The notes under the pieces: model-generated
What the model was told of the DNA's origin: nothing
The model's database searches: none
What the model saw: only the letters and a program-made list of their open reading frames with translations
In this document: positions 30,408 to 40,382 of the stretch, piece by piece
Layout: each line of letters starts with the position of its first letter
How positions within the stretch are numbered: position 1 is the stretch's first letter
Assembly: GCA_963722255.1 (NCBI GenBank)
Contig: CAVRJO010000002.1
Span: 576,001 to 640,000 of the forward strand
Source of the DNA: Candidatus Babeliales bacterium
GTDB lineage: Bacteria > Babelota > Babeliae > Babelales > JANWKD01
DNA: 64,000 bases
Reading direction: 5' to 3'
Program-made: the position numbers and the translations under genes

Positions 30408-31421
30408 ATGAATGATTTTATATGTTTTGTTGCAGGAAAATCTGGTGGGCATTTACTTCCTTGCATCACATTAGCCAAAAAAATTTCTGAACAAGATCCA
30501 CAAAAGAAGATTTTATTTTTTACTAACCAATCTACCTTAGATAAGGATATTATAGCAGCAAATAATTGTATAAATGTCCATACGCTTTTGCCACTCTCTT
30601 CTCTTGCGTCAAAATCGATATTTTCATTGAGCTCATTTTGCATAACAATGATCTCTTCTTTATGCATTAGCTTCTATTATTTACTAAAATATAAACCAAA
30701 AAAAATTATCAGTACGGGTGGTTCAGTTTCATTGCCTGTTTGTTTTGCTGCATCACTTTTAAGAATACCAATCGAATTAATTGAACTCAATGTTGTTCCC
30801 GGAAAAGCAATAACAACGTTAGCACCACTAGCAACCACCATTTCACTCTGTTTCCAGGAAACACAAAAATATTTTAACCAGAAATGTTATTTCACAGAGT
30901 ATCCACTGCGTTTTACTGCACAATCTCGCATTGCAAAAACTGCTGCTCTCAAATATCTTGGCCTCGATCCCTCAAAAAAAACAGTTTTTATTATAGGTGG
31001 ATCACAAGGATCACTCTATATCAACAATCTTGTAAAACAATGGATTGAACAATCGATCAGAATTAAAAATGAGTTCCAATTCATTCATCAAATTGGAACC
31101 AGTGATTCAACCAATTGGAAAGAGTTTTATGTTTCACAGGGAATTGAAGCTTTCACATTTTCATTTTTTAATCGAATAGAATATTGTTATAGCGGAGCAG
31201 ATCTTATTATTTGTAGATCAGGCGCTGGAACGCTTTTTGAAATTAAATTTTTTAATAAACCCTGCATCACAATTCCTCTTGAAACAAAAGCCACTCATCA
31301 TCAAATTGATAATGCACATGCTTTTAAAAAGATGCAAAAAGATACTCTGACCATAGTTTCGCAAAAAGAACCTCTTAAAAAAATTTTAAATATATTAGAT
31401 ACAACAATTGAGCATTTATAA
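30408..31421 (+). CDS. murG: Lipid I N-acetylglucosaminyltransferase
   Basis: GKSGGHLLP, GGSVSLP, ELNVVPG, GGSQGS, CRSGAGT, HQIDNA. Confidence 0.93.
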   Translation: MNDFICFVAGKSGGHLLPCITLAKKISEQDPQKKILFFTNQSTLDKDIIAANNCINVHTLLPLSSLASKSIFSLSSFCITMISSLCISFYYLLKYKPKKIISTGGSVSLPVCFAASLLRIPIELIELNVVPGKAITTLAPLATTISLCFQETQKYFNQKCYFTEYPLRFTAQSRIAKTAALKYLGLDPSKKTVFIIGGSQGSLYINNLVKQWIEQSIRIKNEFQFIHQIGTSDSTNWKEFYVSQGIEAFTFSFFNRIEYCYSGADLIICRSGAGTLFEIKFFNKPCITIPLETKATHHQIDNAHAFKKMQKDTLTIVSQKEPLKKILNILDTTIEHL

Positions 31422-31437
31422 TAATCAAGGACATTTA

Positions 31438-31860
31438 ATGAAAAACTCTACTATATTTTTATTTCTACTAATATTGGCAACACAATCATGCTTAACAGCC
31501 ATGAATAATGAAAATGATCAAAGTTCCCAAATCAGCAAAGAATATGCAGACAAAACGGTAGTTCTTTTAACCAACTTTTGGATAAATAATCTAACGCTTA
31601 TTTCACTGAGCAAAAGCAGACATGAAAAATCTATAATTGCAAAACAGTTGTTTATTATAGCAAAGCAGATTAAAAAGATTAAAGTGTCTGATGAAAATAC
31701 TTTTAGCGTCATTACACAATGGCATAGGGCAATTGAGAGAACTCATTTTTTAGACATAGAACAAGACTTTCACCTTACTAAATTTAGAGATACAAATAGG
31801 TCAATAATCACAGCATTAGAGAGAATTTATAGTGAAATCACTAAAAAATCTTATAGGTAA
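31438..31860 (+). CDS. Secreted hypothetical protein
   Basis: AAGGA RBS; MKNSTIFLFLLILATQSCLTA-MNN. Confidence 0.65.
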   Translation: MKNSTIFLFLLILATQSCLTAMNNENDQSSQISKEYADKTVVLLTNFWINNLTLISLSKSRHEKSIIAKQLFIIAKQIKKIKVSDENTFSVITQWHRAIERTHFLDIEQDFHLTKFRDTNRSIITALERIYSEITKKSYR

Positions 31861-31897
31861 AAAAATAATAACAATTAAGGGATAGAAACATCTATTA

Positions 31898-33832
31898 CTA
31901 TTTTGAAGGCCAATCATCTGGTTTATCACCAAAATAGTAAACAAATTCATTAGACCCTGCTTGTTGCAGCAATGGATAGCGAGCAATACTTACTGAACCT
32001 TCAACTAATATTTGAACACCTCTTTTGCCATTAGCGTTAAGTGTTCTTTGAGGAGCTGAAGTATTAGTAATAATCTCATCTACACCCTTTTCTTGTAAAT
32101 ACGTAGTAACTTCTATAACGGCTGCAGATTTGTTTTTAGCGTATTCACTGATCCATTTTTGCACATTCTGAATGATATCTTGTTGCATTATGGTTGATTG
32201 CGTAAACTTTTTAGGATCAACATATGCAGTGAATAGATCAACAATTTGGCCCAATTGACCGATTGGAGGCTTAATTTCATAATAAAATGGTCCAACTCCA
32301 ACGCCATGAGGTGTTATTATATCGGAAAAAAGCAATGATCCTTTAACACCAGAACCAGCAGTATCATCAACCAATCCTCTGTTATTTGGTTGTATAGTTG
32401 TTAAAACTGTATTTTCATCAAATTTCAAAACAGGTGTTTTGAGCTGCAATGCTTCTTTTCCCATCTTTCCATCAGCCAATCGATTCAAAAAATTCAATGC
32501 TTTGGTATCATCAGTGCTTTGAATGGCAACACAAAATAATCGAACTTGTTTTTCAGAAAGCTGTGGTCGCAACAAGGTAAAATCAAAGACTTTACCTGGT
32601 GACAACTTTTTTTGAAGCGTATAATCTTTGGTTTTATAAAAAAGCCACACTGAATCGGGTGTATCAAAAAAAAGTTGTGTAGGATCATAATCCTTTTCTT
32701 TTTTTGCTGCATCCTGAGCTTGCTGAGCTGATTGATACCAAACATGACATTCCATAGGATTAATATCACGAATCACATTTTTTTTAGGATTATTTACATC
32801 AGTAGGTTGTGTATAATTACCAATTGCCAGACCTTGCATACTTACTTCAATACCCAATTTGCCTTGAGAAACTTCGTAGGTATATACCATGGGAGAACCC
32901 TGAATAAGTTTTTTGGTTGTAGGATCTTCCTGCATATTACAAATCCCTTTACTCTTAATAGGCAATGCGGCGATTTGCATTGAACCATTAAAAAATGTGA
33001 ATGCTCGTTGATTCTTTTCCTCATCATCTGGAGGACGAATTGAAGTAGGATTTGATGTTGAAGAGTTTAATAAAGAAAACGTATTTCCGCGCTCCAATGT
33101 TGCCTTATAGGCAATCCCATCTTTAATAAACTGCATGGCAATATCAGTATTTGAGCTATTATAAAAAACCCCCGTAAATTCATCTGTTGTAGTTTTCACA
33201 CCAAGGAATTCTCCTTTAATCTCACCTTTATGGGTATATGCTCGATAAAAATTAATATATTGAGGATCAATAGGACTATTAATATTTTTTGAAAAGAATG
33301 AATGCTTTTCAAGAGCTTCGGTGGTTTCAATAGCTCCTGCTAATGCTCCTATTGCAGCTCCAAGCGGACTTGCTGCTTCTGCGCCAATTTTTGCGTAATC
33401 CTCAATGGTAGATTGATATTGAGCATAATTTGTATTGCTTTTATCGTAAATAAGCCAGATGGTAAAATAAAGCTTTTCATCGAGAAATTCCTTATCGCTA
33501 TTTGCATAAGGCTCTAAATAACGGTAGGTTTTAACTTCACCTTGAAATCCTGCGCCCAAAACTTTAGTAATCGTTTGAGCTGCTGCAAAAATAATTGCAG
33601 GACTATCATTCCAAACTTGAAAACTATACCGATAATTATCAGGAACATAGCCAAATGATTGTCCCATTCCTGAAACAAAATTGGTTGCACCATCCCAGAT
33701 GCTCTTTAAATTATTAAGAGCTTTATCCGCTTCATCATTAACATCGCCACAAGCCAGATGAGGAATCATTAATAAAATCACTATAAAAGAGCAATAAAAA
33801 ACTTTTTTACGTTCTAAACATTTCATAGCCAC
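31898..33832 (-). CDS. Large secreted hypothetical protein
   Basis: 644-aa ORF; signal peptide; glycine-zipper-like segment LGAAIGALAGA. Confidence 0.75.
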   Translation of the reverse strand: MAMKCLERKKVFYCSFIVILLMIPHLACGDVNDEADKALNNLKSIWDGATNFVSGMGQSFGYVPDNYRYSFQVWNDSPAIIFAAAQTITKVLGAGFQGEVKTYRYLEPYANSDKEFLDEKLYFTIWLIYDKSNTNYAQYQSTIEDYAKIGAEAASPLGAAIGALAGAIETTEALEKHSFFSKNINSPIDPQYINFYRAYTHKGEIKGEFLGVKTTTDEFTGVFYNSSNTDIAMQFIKDGIAYKATLERGNTFSLLNSSTSNPTSIRPPDDEEKNQRAFTFFNGSMQIAALPIKSKGICNMQEDPTTKKLIQGSPMVYTYEVSQGKLGIEVSMQGLAIGNYTQPTDVNNPKKNVIRDINPMECHVWYQSAQQAQDAAKKEKDYDPTQLFFDTPDSVWLFYKTKDYTLQKKLSPGKVFDFTLLRPQLSEKQVRLFCVAIQSTDDTKALNFLNRLADGKMGKEALQLKTPVLKFDENTVLTTIQPNNRGLVDDTAGSGVKGSLLFSDIITPHGVGVGPFYYEIKPPIGQLGQIVDLFTAYVDPKKFTQSTIMQQDIIQNVQKWISEYAKNKSAAVIEVTTYLQEKGVDEIITNTSAPQRTLNANGKRGVQILVEGSVSIARYPLLQQAGSNEFVYYFGDKPDDWPSK

Positions 33833-34033
33833 AATCCTTATACAATTTTTCTTTTGTTATCATAAAAAAATTGCATAAAAATATGCAATTAATTAATCAT
33901 CCTACACAATAATTCAAGACAAAAGATTTAGACACTGAATGAAAAAAATGCTAAAATGATATAATATTTTTTTAAAATATATCGAGTAACGAACAGAATG
34001 CAACCAATCATTTCCTAAGAAAGAATTATTTCA

Positions 34034-35173
34034 ATGCAAAAAAGTTTTTCAATCACCATTTTTATGAGCATTACTTTCTTTACCATTCAATTTTTGCACG
34101 GTATGGAAGAGCGAGAGTTAAAAAGGCAATGTTTTGAACGTCCCACACTTTCGGATATGTGCAAAAAAGTAACTCCACAGAACTGTTATGGGGTTTATAA
34201 ACAAATGATTCAATTTGAACAATCCGTCACACCTGATCGAATATCAAAATTACTCCGCCACGGCAAAATAGCTTTTTTAAAACCTAACCAACACTATACC
34301 TATCAATTAACCAGATGTAAGCAAAAATTATTAGTGGCTCCTGCAACACAAGAATCAAAGCAGACTTTGAGCCCCTTTAGCTATCACCTGTCACCAGATA
34401 AAAGCATTGTTGTTCAAAGTCACGATAATGCTAATTCCATATTCGTTAAAAAATTTGACGCTCATGCCTTTAATGAATCTCTGGATTTAAACAGTGCAAC
34501 CTATGAAGATTTATTAGTTACTTGTCCAGGAAATTTTTGCTTTTTTTTAAATGATTCAACATTCATAACACAAGAATTTAATTGCTTACATCAGTTTTTT
34601 GTTAAAGAGAGCGAGGAAGGAATCAAGTGCTTTGAAATTGAGGAACCAATGGTTAACTTCCCCCACTTAATACCTTGCGGCAACAATCGGTTTTTTGCGT
34701 GCCACTACGACCTTTCTCAAGCAACTCCTCTTATGTATGCTGCTACTAAATATGTAACAGAAGATAACAGCTTTTCTAAGCGACCCGCAACCGATGAAGA
34801 ACTCAACTTTTTGCAAACTTTCCAAGGTTGCTCAGTTTGTTCTCTTGAAGGCACTCTCCTTACCGTCAGAAAGCATCAAAAGAACTCAAAAAATAAAATA
34901 GTTCACTATGATATGGCCACCTTAACAAAACTTGCAGCCTATAAGGAGAATGAACATACTCCTCATCATACTCTTGATACTTGCACACCTATATCCGCTT
35001 TACTTGTTTCAATTGCCTTTGCACAAGCACGGAAAAGTCCAAAGGGTTTATGGATATTAAAAGAGTCTCCCTTAATGTTAGAATTATCTGATACCCATAA
35101 AGATCAGAGTTTAAGAAAAATTGATCACACTATAAATCGTCTCTGCAAAGATATGCCGGAATTAGTTGACTAA
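34034..35173 (+). CDS. Secreted hypothetical protein
   Basis: 379 aa; signal peptide ending FLHG-MEE. Confidence 0.7.
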   Translation: MQKSFSITIFMSITFFTIQFLHGMEERELKRQCFERPTLSDMCKKVTPQNCYGVYKQMIQFEQSVTPDRISKLLRHGKIAFLKPNQHYTYQLTRCKQKLLVAPATQESKQTLSPFSYHLSPDKSIVVQSHDNANSIFVKKFDAHAFNESLDLNSATYEDLLVTCPGNFCFFLNDSTFITQEFNCLHQFFVKESEEGIKCFEIEEPMVNFPHLIPCGNNRFFACHYDLSQATPLMYAATKYVTEDNSFSKRPATDEELNFLQTFQGCSVCSLEGTLLTVRKHQKNSKNKIVHYDMATLTKLAAYKENEHTPHHTLDTCTPISALLVSIAFAQARKSPKGLWILKESPLMLELSDTHKDQSLRKIDHTINRLCKDMPELVD

Positions 35174-35180
35174 CATTTTT

Positions 35181-37067
35181 TTATATAAAAATTGTAAGTG
35201 CTTCAGGATCGTCAGGACTGCATGACAGTCCTGTTCGACTGTGAATAATAACTTCTTTGAGCGTTGAATCATATGAAAAATGTTTTTTTATTACCGGCAA
35301 TGCCTTATGAACATTTTTCCAAATAGGGAATGCCGTAGTAATAGCAAAAGCATTTTTTCCTAATGAGCTATTATCATCAATACCCAAAGAAACAGCCGTT
35401 GTATAATCTGGTGTAGCTCCTACAAAACCACAAATTCTTGAATCATTATTCGTTCCAGTTTTACCAATAGCATCACAATCAATCCAGCTACTTGTTTTAG
35501 ATCGCTTACGTGCTCTATCCATACCAATGGCAAGGACCTTAGCAACTTGACCGCTTTCACGTGAATTTAAGACCGTTTCTTTATATGGTTTTATACTGAT
35601 AATTTTTGTTCCCCATTCATCTTTAACCCATCTAATAAGTTGCGGTTCAACATAGACTCCATGCTGAGCAAAAACATTAAAGACCGCTACTACTTCTTTG
35701 AGTGTACAATCTACGCAACCGAGTGCCAATGATGGATATGGCGGCAACTCTGCTGAGATATGGAATTTTTTTGCTAATGCTGTAACAGTATCGATTCCAA
35801 TTTCCATTAAAACTTTAATAGCAATAATATTATTAGAATGAGCAAGAGCGCGCGCTAAACTCATTGTTCCTTCAAAACGTCGAATATGATTACGTGGTTG
35901 CCACATGGTTCCCCCCTGCATCATTTCAATAGGTTCATCGAGTTCAGTTTGTGCAAAGTTAATTCCTTTTTGCAAGGCTGCCGCAAATACAATTGGTTTA
36001 AAAATAGAGCCCATTTGTCGTTTAGCCTGTGTTACTCGATTAAATTGCGATTGACTAAAATCATATCCTCCAACAAGAGCTTTGATATGCCCGGTTTTTC
36101 CTTCTATAGTGATAAGCCCACCATCAACACGAGGAACTTTAGAACTACGCAAAAGCGCTATTTGTTCACAAAAACTTTTTTCAGCATTCATTTGCATATG
36201 TCTATTTAAAGTTGTCTGAATAGTTAATCCTCCAGAATAAAGCATTTTTTTACCAATTTTTTCTTCTAGATTCATGCGAATCATTTCTTTAACATGCGGG
36301 GCCAAAGAACCCTGTAAAGGAACCTTCAAGTCGACTAAACTATTACGGTAGAGTTCAAATTCATCAGGTTTGATAAAACCCAATTGCTTCATTGAATATA
36401 AAACAATATTTCGTCTTTTTTGTGCTGACAGAGGGTATAATAAAGGACAATAATGTGAAGGGTTTTTAACAACACCTGCAAGCAAAGCTGATTCTGCAAC
36501 AGAAAGATCTTGTACACTTTTTGACCAAAAGCGTTGGCTTGCTGCCTCAACACCATAAATGCCACATCCAAAACAAACATGATTTAGATACATTTGTAGA
36601 ATCTGTTCTTTAGTAAACTGCTGTTCAACCAATAGGGCAAAAAACTGATCTTTAATTTTACGCAGGAGTGTTCTACTTGAATCGGTAAATAACAGTTTTG
36701 TAAGCTGTTGTGTAATAGTACTAGCGCCTTGAACAATCCTGCCATGATATATGTTAATGAGCATTGACCGAACAATTCCCTTCCAAGAAATACCCGGATG
36801 ATTAAAAAATGCATGATCTTCAGCAGCTATAAATGCCTGAATAAGATGTTGTGGAACTTTGGAGATATCGATCGGTTCACGTTTATCACATGAAAATCGT
36901 GCCCACTCATTTCCCTGATCATCAAGAACTATAGATGGTTTGCCTTGCTTGTATTGTTCCAAAGCAGAAAAATCTATCCAATGCGTATGGCTAATAAAAA
37001 AAAGTGCGCCCGCAAAAGTAGAAATAAGACAAAAAAATAACGTAGCTACAACTATCCCTAAACGCAT
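35181..37067 (-). CDS. Class A penicillin-binding protein (PBP1A family)
   Basis: AEDHAFF, GASTITQQL, RKIKD, SIFK, SNN, GKTGT. Confidence 0.95.
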   Translation of the reverse strand: MRLGIVVATLFFCLISTFAGALFFISHTHWIDFSALEQYKQGKPSIVLDDQGNEWARFSCDKREPIDISKVPQHLIQAFIAAEDHAFFNHPGISWKGIVRSMLINIYHGRIVQGASTITQQLTKLLFTDSSRTLLRKIKDQFFALLVEQQFTKEQILQMYLNHVCFGCGIYGVEAASQRFWSKSVQDLSVAESALLAGVVKNPSHYCPLLYPLSAQKRRNIVLYSMKQLGFIKPDEFELYRNSLVDLKVPLQGSLAPHVKEMIRMNLEEKIGKKMLYSGGLTIQTTLNRHMQMNAEKSFCEQIALLRSSKVPRVDGGLITIEGKTGHIKALVGGYDFSQSQFNRVTQAKRQMGSIFKPIVFAAALQKGINFAQTELDEPIEMMQGGTMWQPRNHIRRFEGTMSLARALAHSNNIIAIKVLMEIGIDTVTALAKKFHISAELPPYPSLALGCVDCTLKEVVAVFNVFAQHGVYVEPQLIRWVKDEWGTKIISIKPYKETVLNSRESGQVAKVLAIGMDRARKRSKTSSWIDCDAIGKTGTNNDSRICGFVGATPDYTTAVSLGIDDNSSLGKNAFAITTAFPIWKNVHKALPVIKKHFSYDSTLKEVIIHSRTGLSCSPDDPEALTIFI

Positions 37068-37082
37068 TTTTCAACCATATAT

Positions 37083-37108
37083 GAAAAAAGGTCGCTAACA
37101 GCGACCTT
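37083..37108 (-). terminator. Intrinsic terminator
   Basis: aaggtcgct/agcgacctt stem with a U-tract on the minus strand. Confidence 0.65.
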
Positions 37109-37159
37109 CACAAATCTAATACCAGTTATTTGTTCCAACAACTTAGCAAGTTAAGTTCA

Positions 37160-37429
37160 TTATACTAATAGAGTAGTGGCTTTTTCTTGCGCTGTCACTT
37201 TAGAATAAACATAACATCCAACTGCTACTGCTGCTACGAGAACTGTACCAACTTGAACATATCTATTTGTAGCAACATTTTTAAGAACGGTTCCGGATTT
37301 CGAAATAAACTCTTTAACAATATTTGTCTTAGGAGCTGTTTCTTGTCCTTTTTCTGTATCATCTGCATAAATTGCTGCACTTGCAAACAACAATACACCA
37401 AGCAAAGTTAATTTAATTTGTTTTTTCAT
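37160..37429 (-). CDS. Small exported/membrane protein
   Basis: AAGGAG RBS; signal peptide plus C-terminal TM. Confidence 0.75.
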   Translation of the reverse strand: MKKQIKLTLLGVLLFASAAIYADDTEKGQETAPKTNIVKEFISKSGTVLKNVATNRYVQVGTVLVAAVAVGCYVYSKVTAQEKATTLLV

Positions 37430-37549
37430 GTTATTATGAACTCCTTAAGGATATATGTATCAAACCTAACAACAAAGAAAATTTACTTGAATAATATTAT
37501 TTGTCAATATAACCTTGATGCAACGTTTATTTTAAAGAAATTATATATC

Positions 37550-38005
37550 ATGAAATCATTATTATTCTATTGTTCTATTCTATTATTTTTTTTCCTTAAC
37601 TTGTTATTGCGTGGTGTCATGCATCACAACAGTATACAAAGCATGCTTTGTATTTTTTGTATTATGCTTTTCCGTTCTGGAACCATGTATGAATCTGCCG
37701 CGCTCTTTTTACTCGTTATCCTTGAAGATTTTATAGATACAAATTTTGCAGGAATGACTCTTTTTTATACGATTCCCCTTGCTTTTACCGGTATGTTTTT
37801 GCAAAAAATAATGCACCCCCATTCAATAGTTCCAATCTATATTTTTTTATCTATTGCCCTTTTGTGTAAATTTGCATTATTAGCTTATTTTAATAATTTT
37901 AAATTGTTTGAAGCCTATACATTATATGAACTATTTGGTAATCTTATGGTGTTAACACTTTGTTTGAAATTATTGTTTAAGGGCAGATTGGGCAATCGCT
38001 TATAA
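37550..38005 (+). CDS. Integral membrane protein (MreD-like size and topology)
   Basis: ~5 TM helices, ILEDF..GMTL; near PBP1A and PASTA genes. Confidence 0.55.
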   Translation: MKSLLFYCSILLFFFLNLLLRGVMHHNSIQSMLCIFCIMLFRSGTMYESAALFLLVILEDFIDTNFAGMTLFYTIPLAFTGMFLQKIMHPHSIVPIYIFLSIALLCKFALLAYFNNFKLFEAYTLYELFGNLMVLTLCLKLLFKGRLGNRL

Positions 38006-38332
38006 TATTTTATAAGAGGAAAGTCCGGACTCCAAACGAAATAAGCGCCTTAAAAGAGCAATCAATTAGGGAAAACGTAAGTTTATGGAAAGTGCCACAG
38101 AAAATAACCGCCTTGCTACAGAAATGTACACGGTAAGGGTGAAAACGTGCGGTAAGAGCGTACGAAGCAATACAGTAATGCATTGCTTGGGTAAACCCCG
38201 CTTGGAGCAAGACAAAATAAGCATGTACGGTTTTTCGTTCCGATTTAAACATGTGGGTATGTCGCATAGATAAATGGTTGCCGGTTTGTGTTTTTACACA
38301 AATTACAAAATCCGGCTTATAAATCTGCCTTT
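37979..38332 (+). ncRNA. rnpB: RNase P RNA, type A
   Basis: GAGGAAAGTCCGG, GGAAAGTGCCACAGAAA, GGTAAGAGC, GGTAAACCCC, GGAGCAAG, ACAAAATCCGGCTTA; P1 aagggcagatt/aatctgccttt. Confidence 0.97.
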
Positions 38333-38356
38333 AACCATCCCAACCTACGGCCTTTC

Positions 38357-39055
38357 ATGACCTCATTAAAACATTGGATATGGATTCTCCCCTTTATATG
38401 TTTTTTTGGTAGCTATTTTGCTTTTCATTGTTTTTTTGCACCCAATACACTGGCTACACCCACCTTAATGGGCAAGCAATTACCTGAAGCAATTCAGCTC
38501 CTTTCTGATACCAATTTAAATATGCGTATTCTTTCTCAAAAAGAAGATCATGATTTGCCTCCAGGAACTATTTTAAGTCAAATTCCTTCAGCCAATAGCT
38601 CTATACGCCCTCATCAATCATTATTTGTCGTCATTTCAAAACAAGTTGAACAGAAGCAGGCGCCCAATTTTTTACAGAAAAAAAGTGATACCTGTTATGA
38701 AATAGCTGAAAAACACGCAATAGTAGTAAAAACATACGAAATTTCTCACCTGATTGAGAATATTTGTATCGGTCAATTGCCTGGCCCAAATCAACCATTG
38801 ATTGATAATCGCATTACCCTCTATATTTCCAAGGGTTCATCAAAACCTTCACTATTACCCTCATTTAAAAAACGATCTCTTGAAGAAGTTGCTTCATTTT
38901 TAACTGAAAATAGCATCAAATATTCCGTCATTCATGCAAAACCAATCGATACTCAGCATACCTGTAAAAACTGCGTTATTTCGCAACAAAAGCCTCTTGC
39001 GGGTTCTTTGATCGATCTTAAGAAGCCCTTAACAATTCAGCTTTTTGTTCAATAA
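38357..39055 (+). CDS. PASTA-domain protein
   Basis: N-terminal TM and three repeats (PTLMGK..ILSQIP; PNFLQK..IGQLP; PSFKKR..SQQKP). Confidence 0.82.
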   Translation: MTSLKHWIWILPFICFFGSYFAFHCFFAPNTLATPTLMGKQLPEAIQLLSDTNLNMRILSQKEDHDLPPGTILSQIPSANSSIRPHQSLFVVISKQVEQKQAPNFLQKKSDTCYEIAEKHAIVVKTYEISHLIENICIGQLPGPNQPLIDNRITLYISKGSSKPSLLPSFKKRSLEEVASFLTENSIKYSVIHAKPIDTQHTCKNCVISQQKPLAGSLIDLKKPLTIQLFVQ

Positions 39056-39085
39056 AATAGCAAATAATAAATATTTTATTTCTAT

Positions 39086-39114
39086 TTGACAATTATATTA
39101 ATTCGTGAGATACT
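39086..39114 (+). promoter_or_regulatory. Sigma70-type promoter
   Basis: TTGACA-17 bp-GATACT upstream of the 39159 ORF. Confidence 0.55.
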
Positions 39115-39158
39115 ATATCTATAAAGATTTATAAAAACAGTGAAAATAGGGGGTAAGT

Positions 39159-40208
39159 ATGGTGAAATTAAGATATAGTATATTACTAATAGCTGCATTT
39201 TCTTGTATAGCCCAAAGTACTCATCCAATGTTCCGACAAAGGTATCAACAATTCAAACAAAATTTTGGACCCGCCGTCACTTTAGGAGCACTAGGAGGAG
39301 TAGCTACTTTTGCACAATACTCAACGACCTATGCCATATGCAAAGATAAAGGCTTGGTTGGCTATGCCTCAAGCGATCGTCAAGCTTCAGAAAAAAGGTT
39401 CGAAAAATTACCTGCCGTTTCGCCAGATATTGAAACATTTATAAGAGAGGAGCTAAAAGACTATGCTTTTCCTCTACAAATAAAACAATCAACGGGGGAC
39501 TGGGCGTCCTGCGATACTAAAAATAGTAATTGGATTTTTGTCCCTAGCTCTTCATTCCTTGAATCTATATTAAACGAATCTAAGAAATCCGCATTTGTAT
39601 CACAGAATCTCAATGAGACTACCGCAACACTTCATCATGAAGCAGGTCATATTGCTAATCAAGATAATCTAAAAACCAAGCTTTCAGCATTTGTATCACA
39701 GATTCTCAATGAGACTATCGCAACACTTCATCATGAAGCAGGTCATATCGTTAATCACGATAATCTAAAGCGCAAATTTGCAGCAATAGCAATTCCTATA
39801 TTTCTTACTGCACTAACTGCTCTTGTAAGAAAAAAATTATTTTCGCCAGATTACTTTCTAGAGAGCAATTTATATAAACTTGTAAGTGGTTTTGCTGTTG
39901 GTAATATCAGCACTCTGAGTTTTTATAGCTATTTGCGATTTCAAGAACAAAGAGCTGATAATAATATTCCCAATAAAATTGATCTTTTAGAAGCACTAAA
40001 GAAACAATTTGAATCGGATATCTTGCTCAACCCTGATTTTTACAAAAAAGATGAATTGTGGACAAAGCGGCTTTATTCTGTGCATCCACACCATAAAACA
40101 CGTATTAAGAGATTCGAACAACGAATAAAAAAACTTAAAGAAAAAGAAAATCAAACCAGTTTTGAAAATCCATTGGACATAAAAGAAGCTTCCTTACTTT
40201 GTTGTTAA
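39159..40208 (+). CDS. Secreted M48-like metallopeptidase with duplicated HExxH
   Basis: HHEAGH twice, QEQRAD, VHPHHKTRI. Confidence 0.8.
   Translation: MVKLRYSILLIAAFSCIAQSTHPMFRQRYQQFKQNFGPAVTLGALGGVATFAQYSTTYAICKDKGLVGYASSDRQASEKRFEKLPAVSPDIETFIREELKDYAFPLQIKQSTGDWASCDTKNSNWIFVPSSSFLESILNESKKSAFVSQNLNETTATLHHEAGHIANQDNLKTKLSAFVSQILNETIATLHHEAGHIVNHDNLKRKFAAIAIPIFLTALTALVRKKLFSPDYFLESNLYKLVSGFAVGNISTLSFYSYLRFQEQRADNNIPNKIDLLEALKKQFESDILLNPDFYKKDELWTKRLYSVHPHHKTRIKRFEQRIKKLKEKENQTSFENPLDIKEASLLCC
39588..39770 (+). repeat. In-frame 96-bp tandem duplication
   Basis: gcatttgtatcacag..gcaacacttcatcatgaagcaggtcatat at 39591 and 39687. Confidence 0.93.
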
Positions 40209-40382
40209 TCTTTATTTGATATCATTGTAAGAATACCTATACTGTAATAAAATGTTCAATGAAACCTGGTACGAAAATACACTCTATAAGGCTTCAACAA
40301 TCGTTCCTTATTGTTTGATTCCAACAGCATTGATATGCATATTAAAACGATATAATGCACACTAGACAAAAAAATTCACGTG

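Noticed and set aside
38010..38356. ORFs 38010-38267, 38085-38273 and the 5' extension of 38288
   Set aside because: They are shadows of the RNase P RNA
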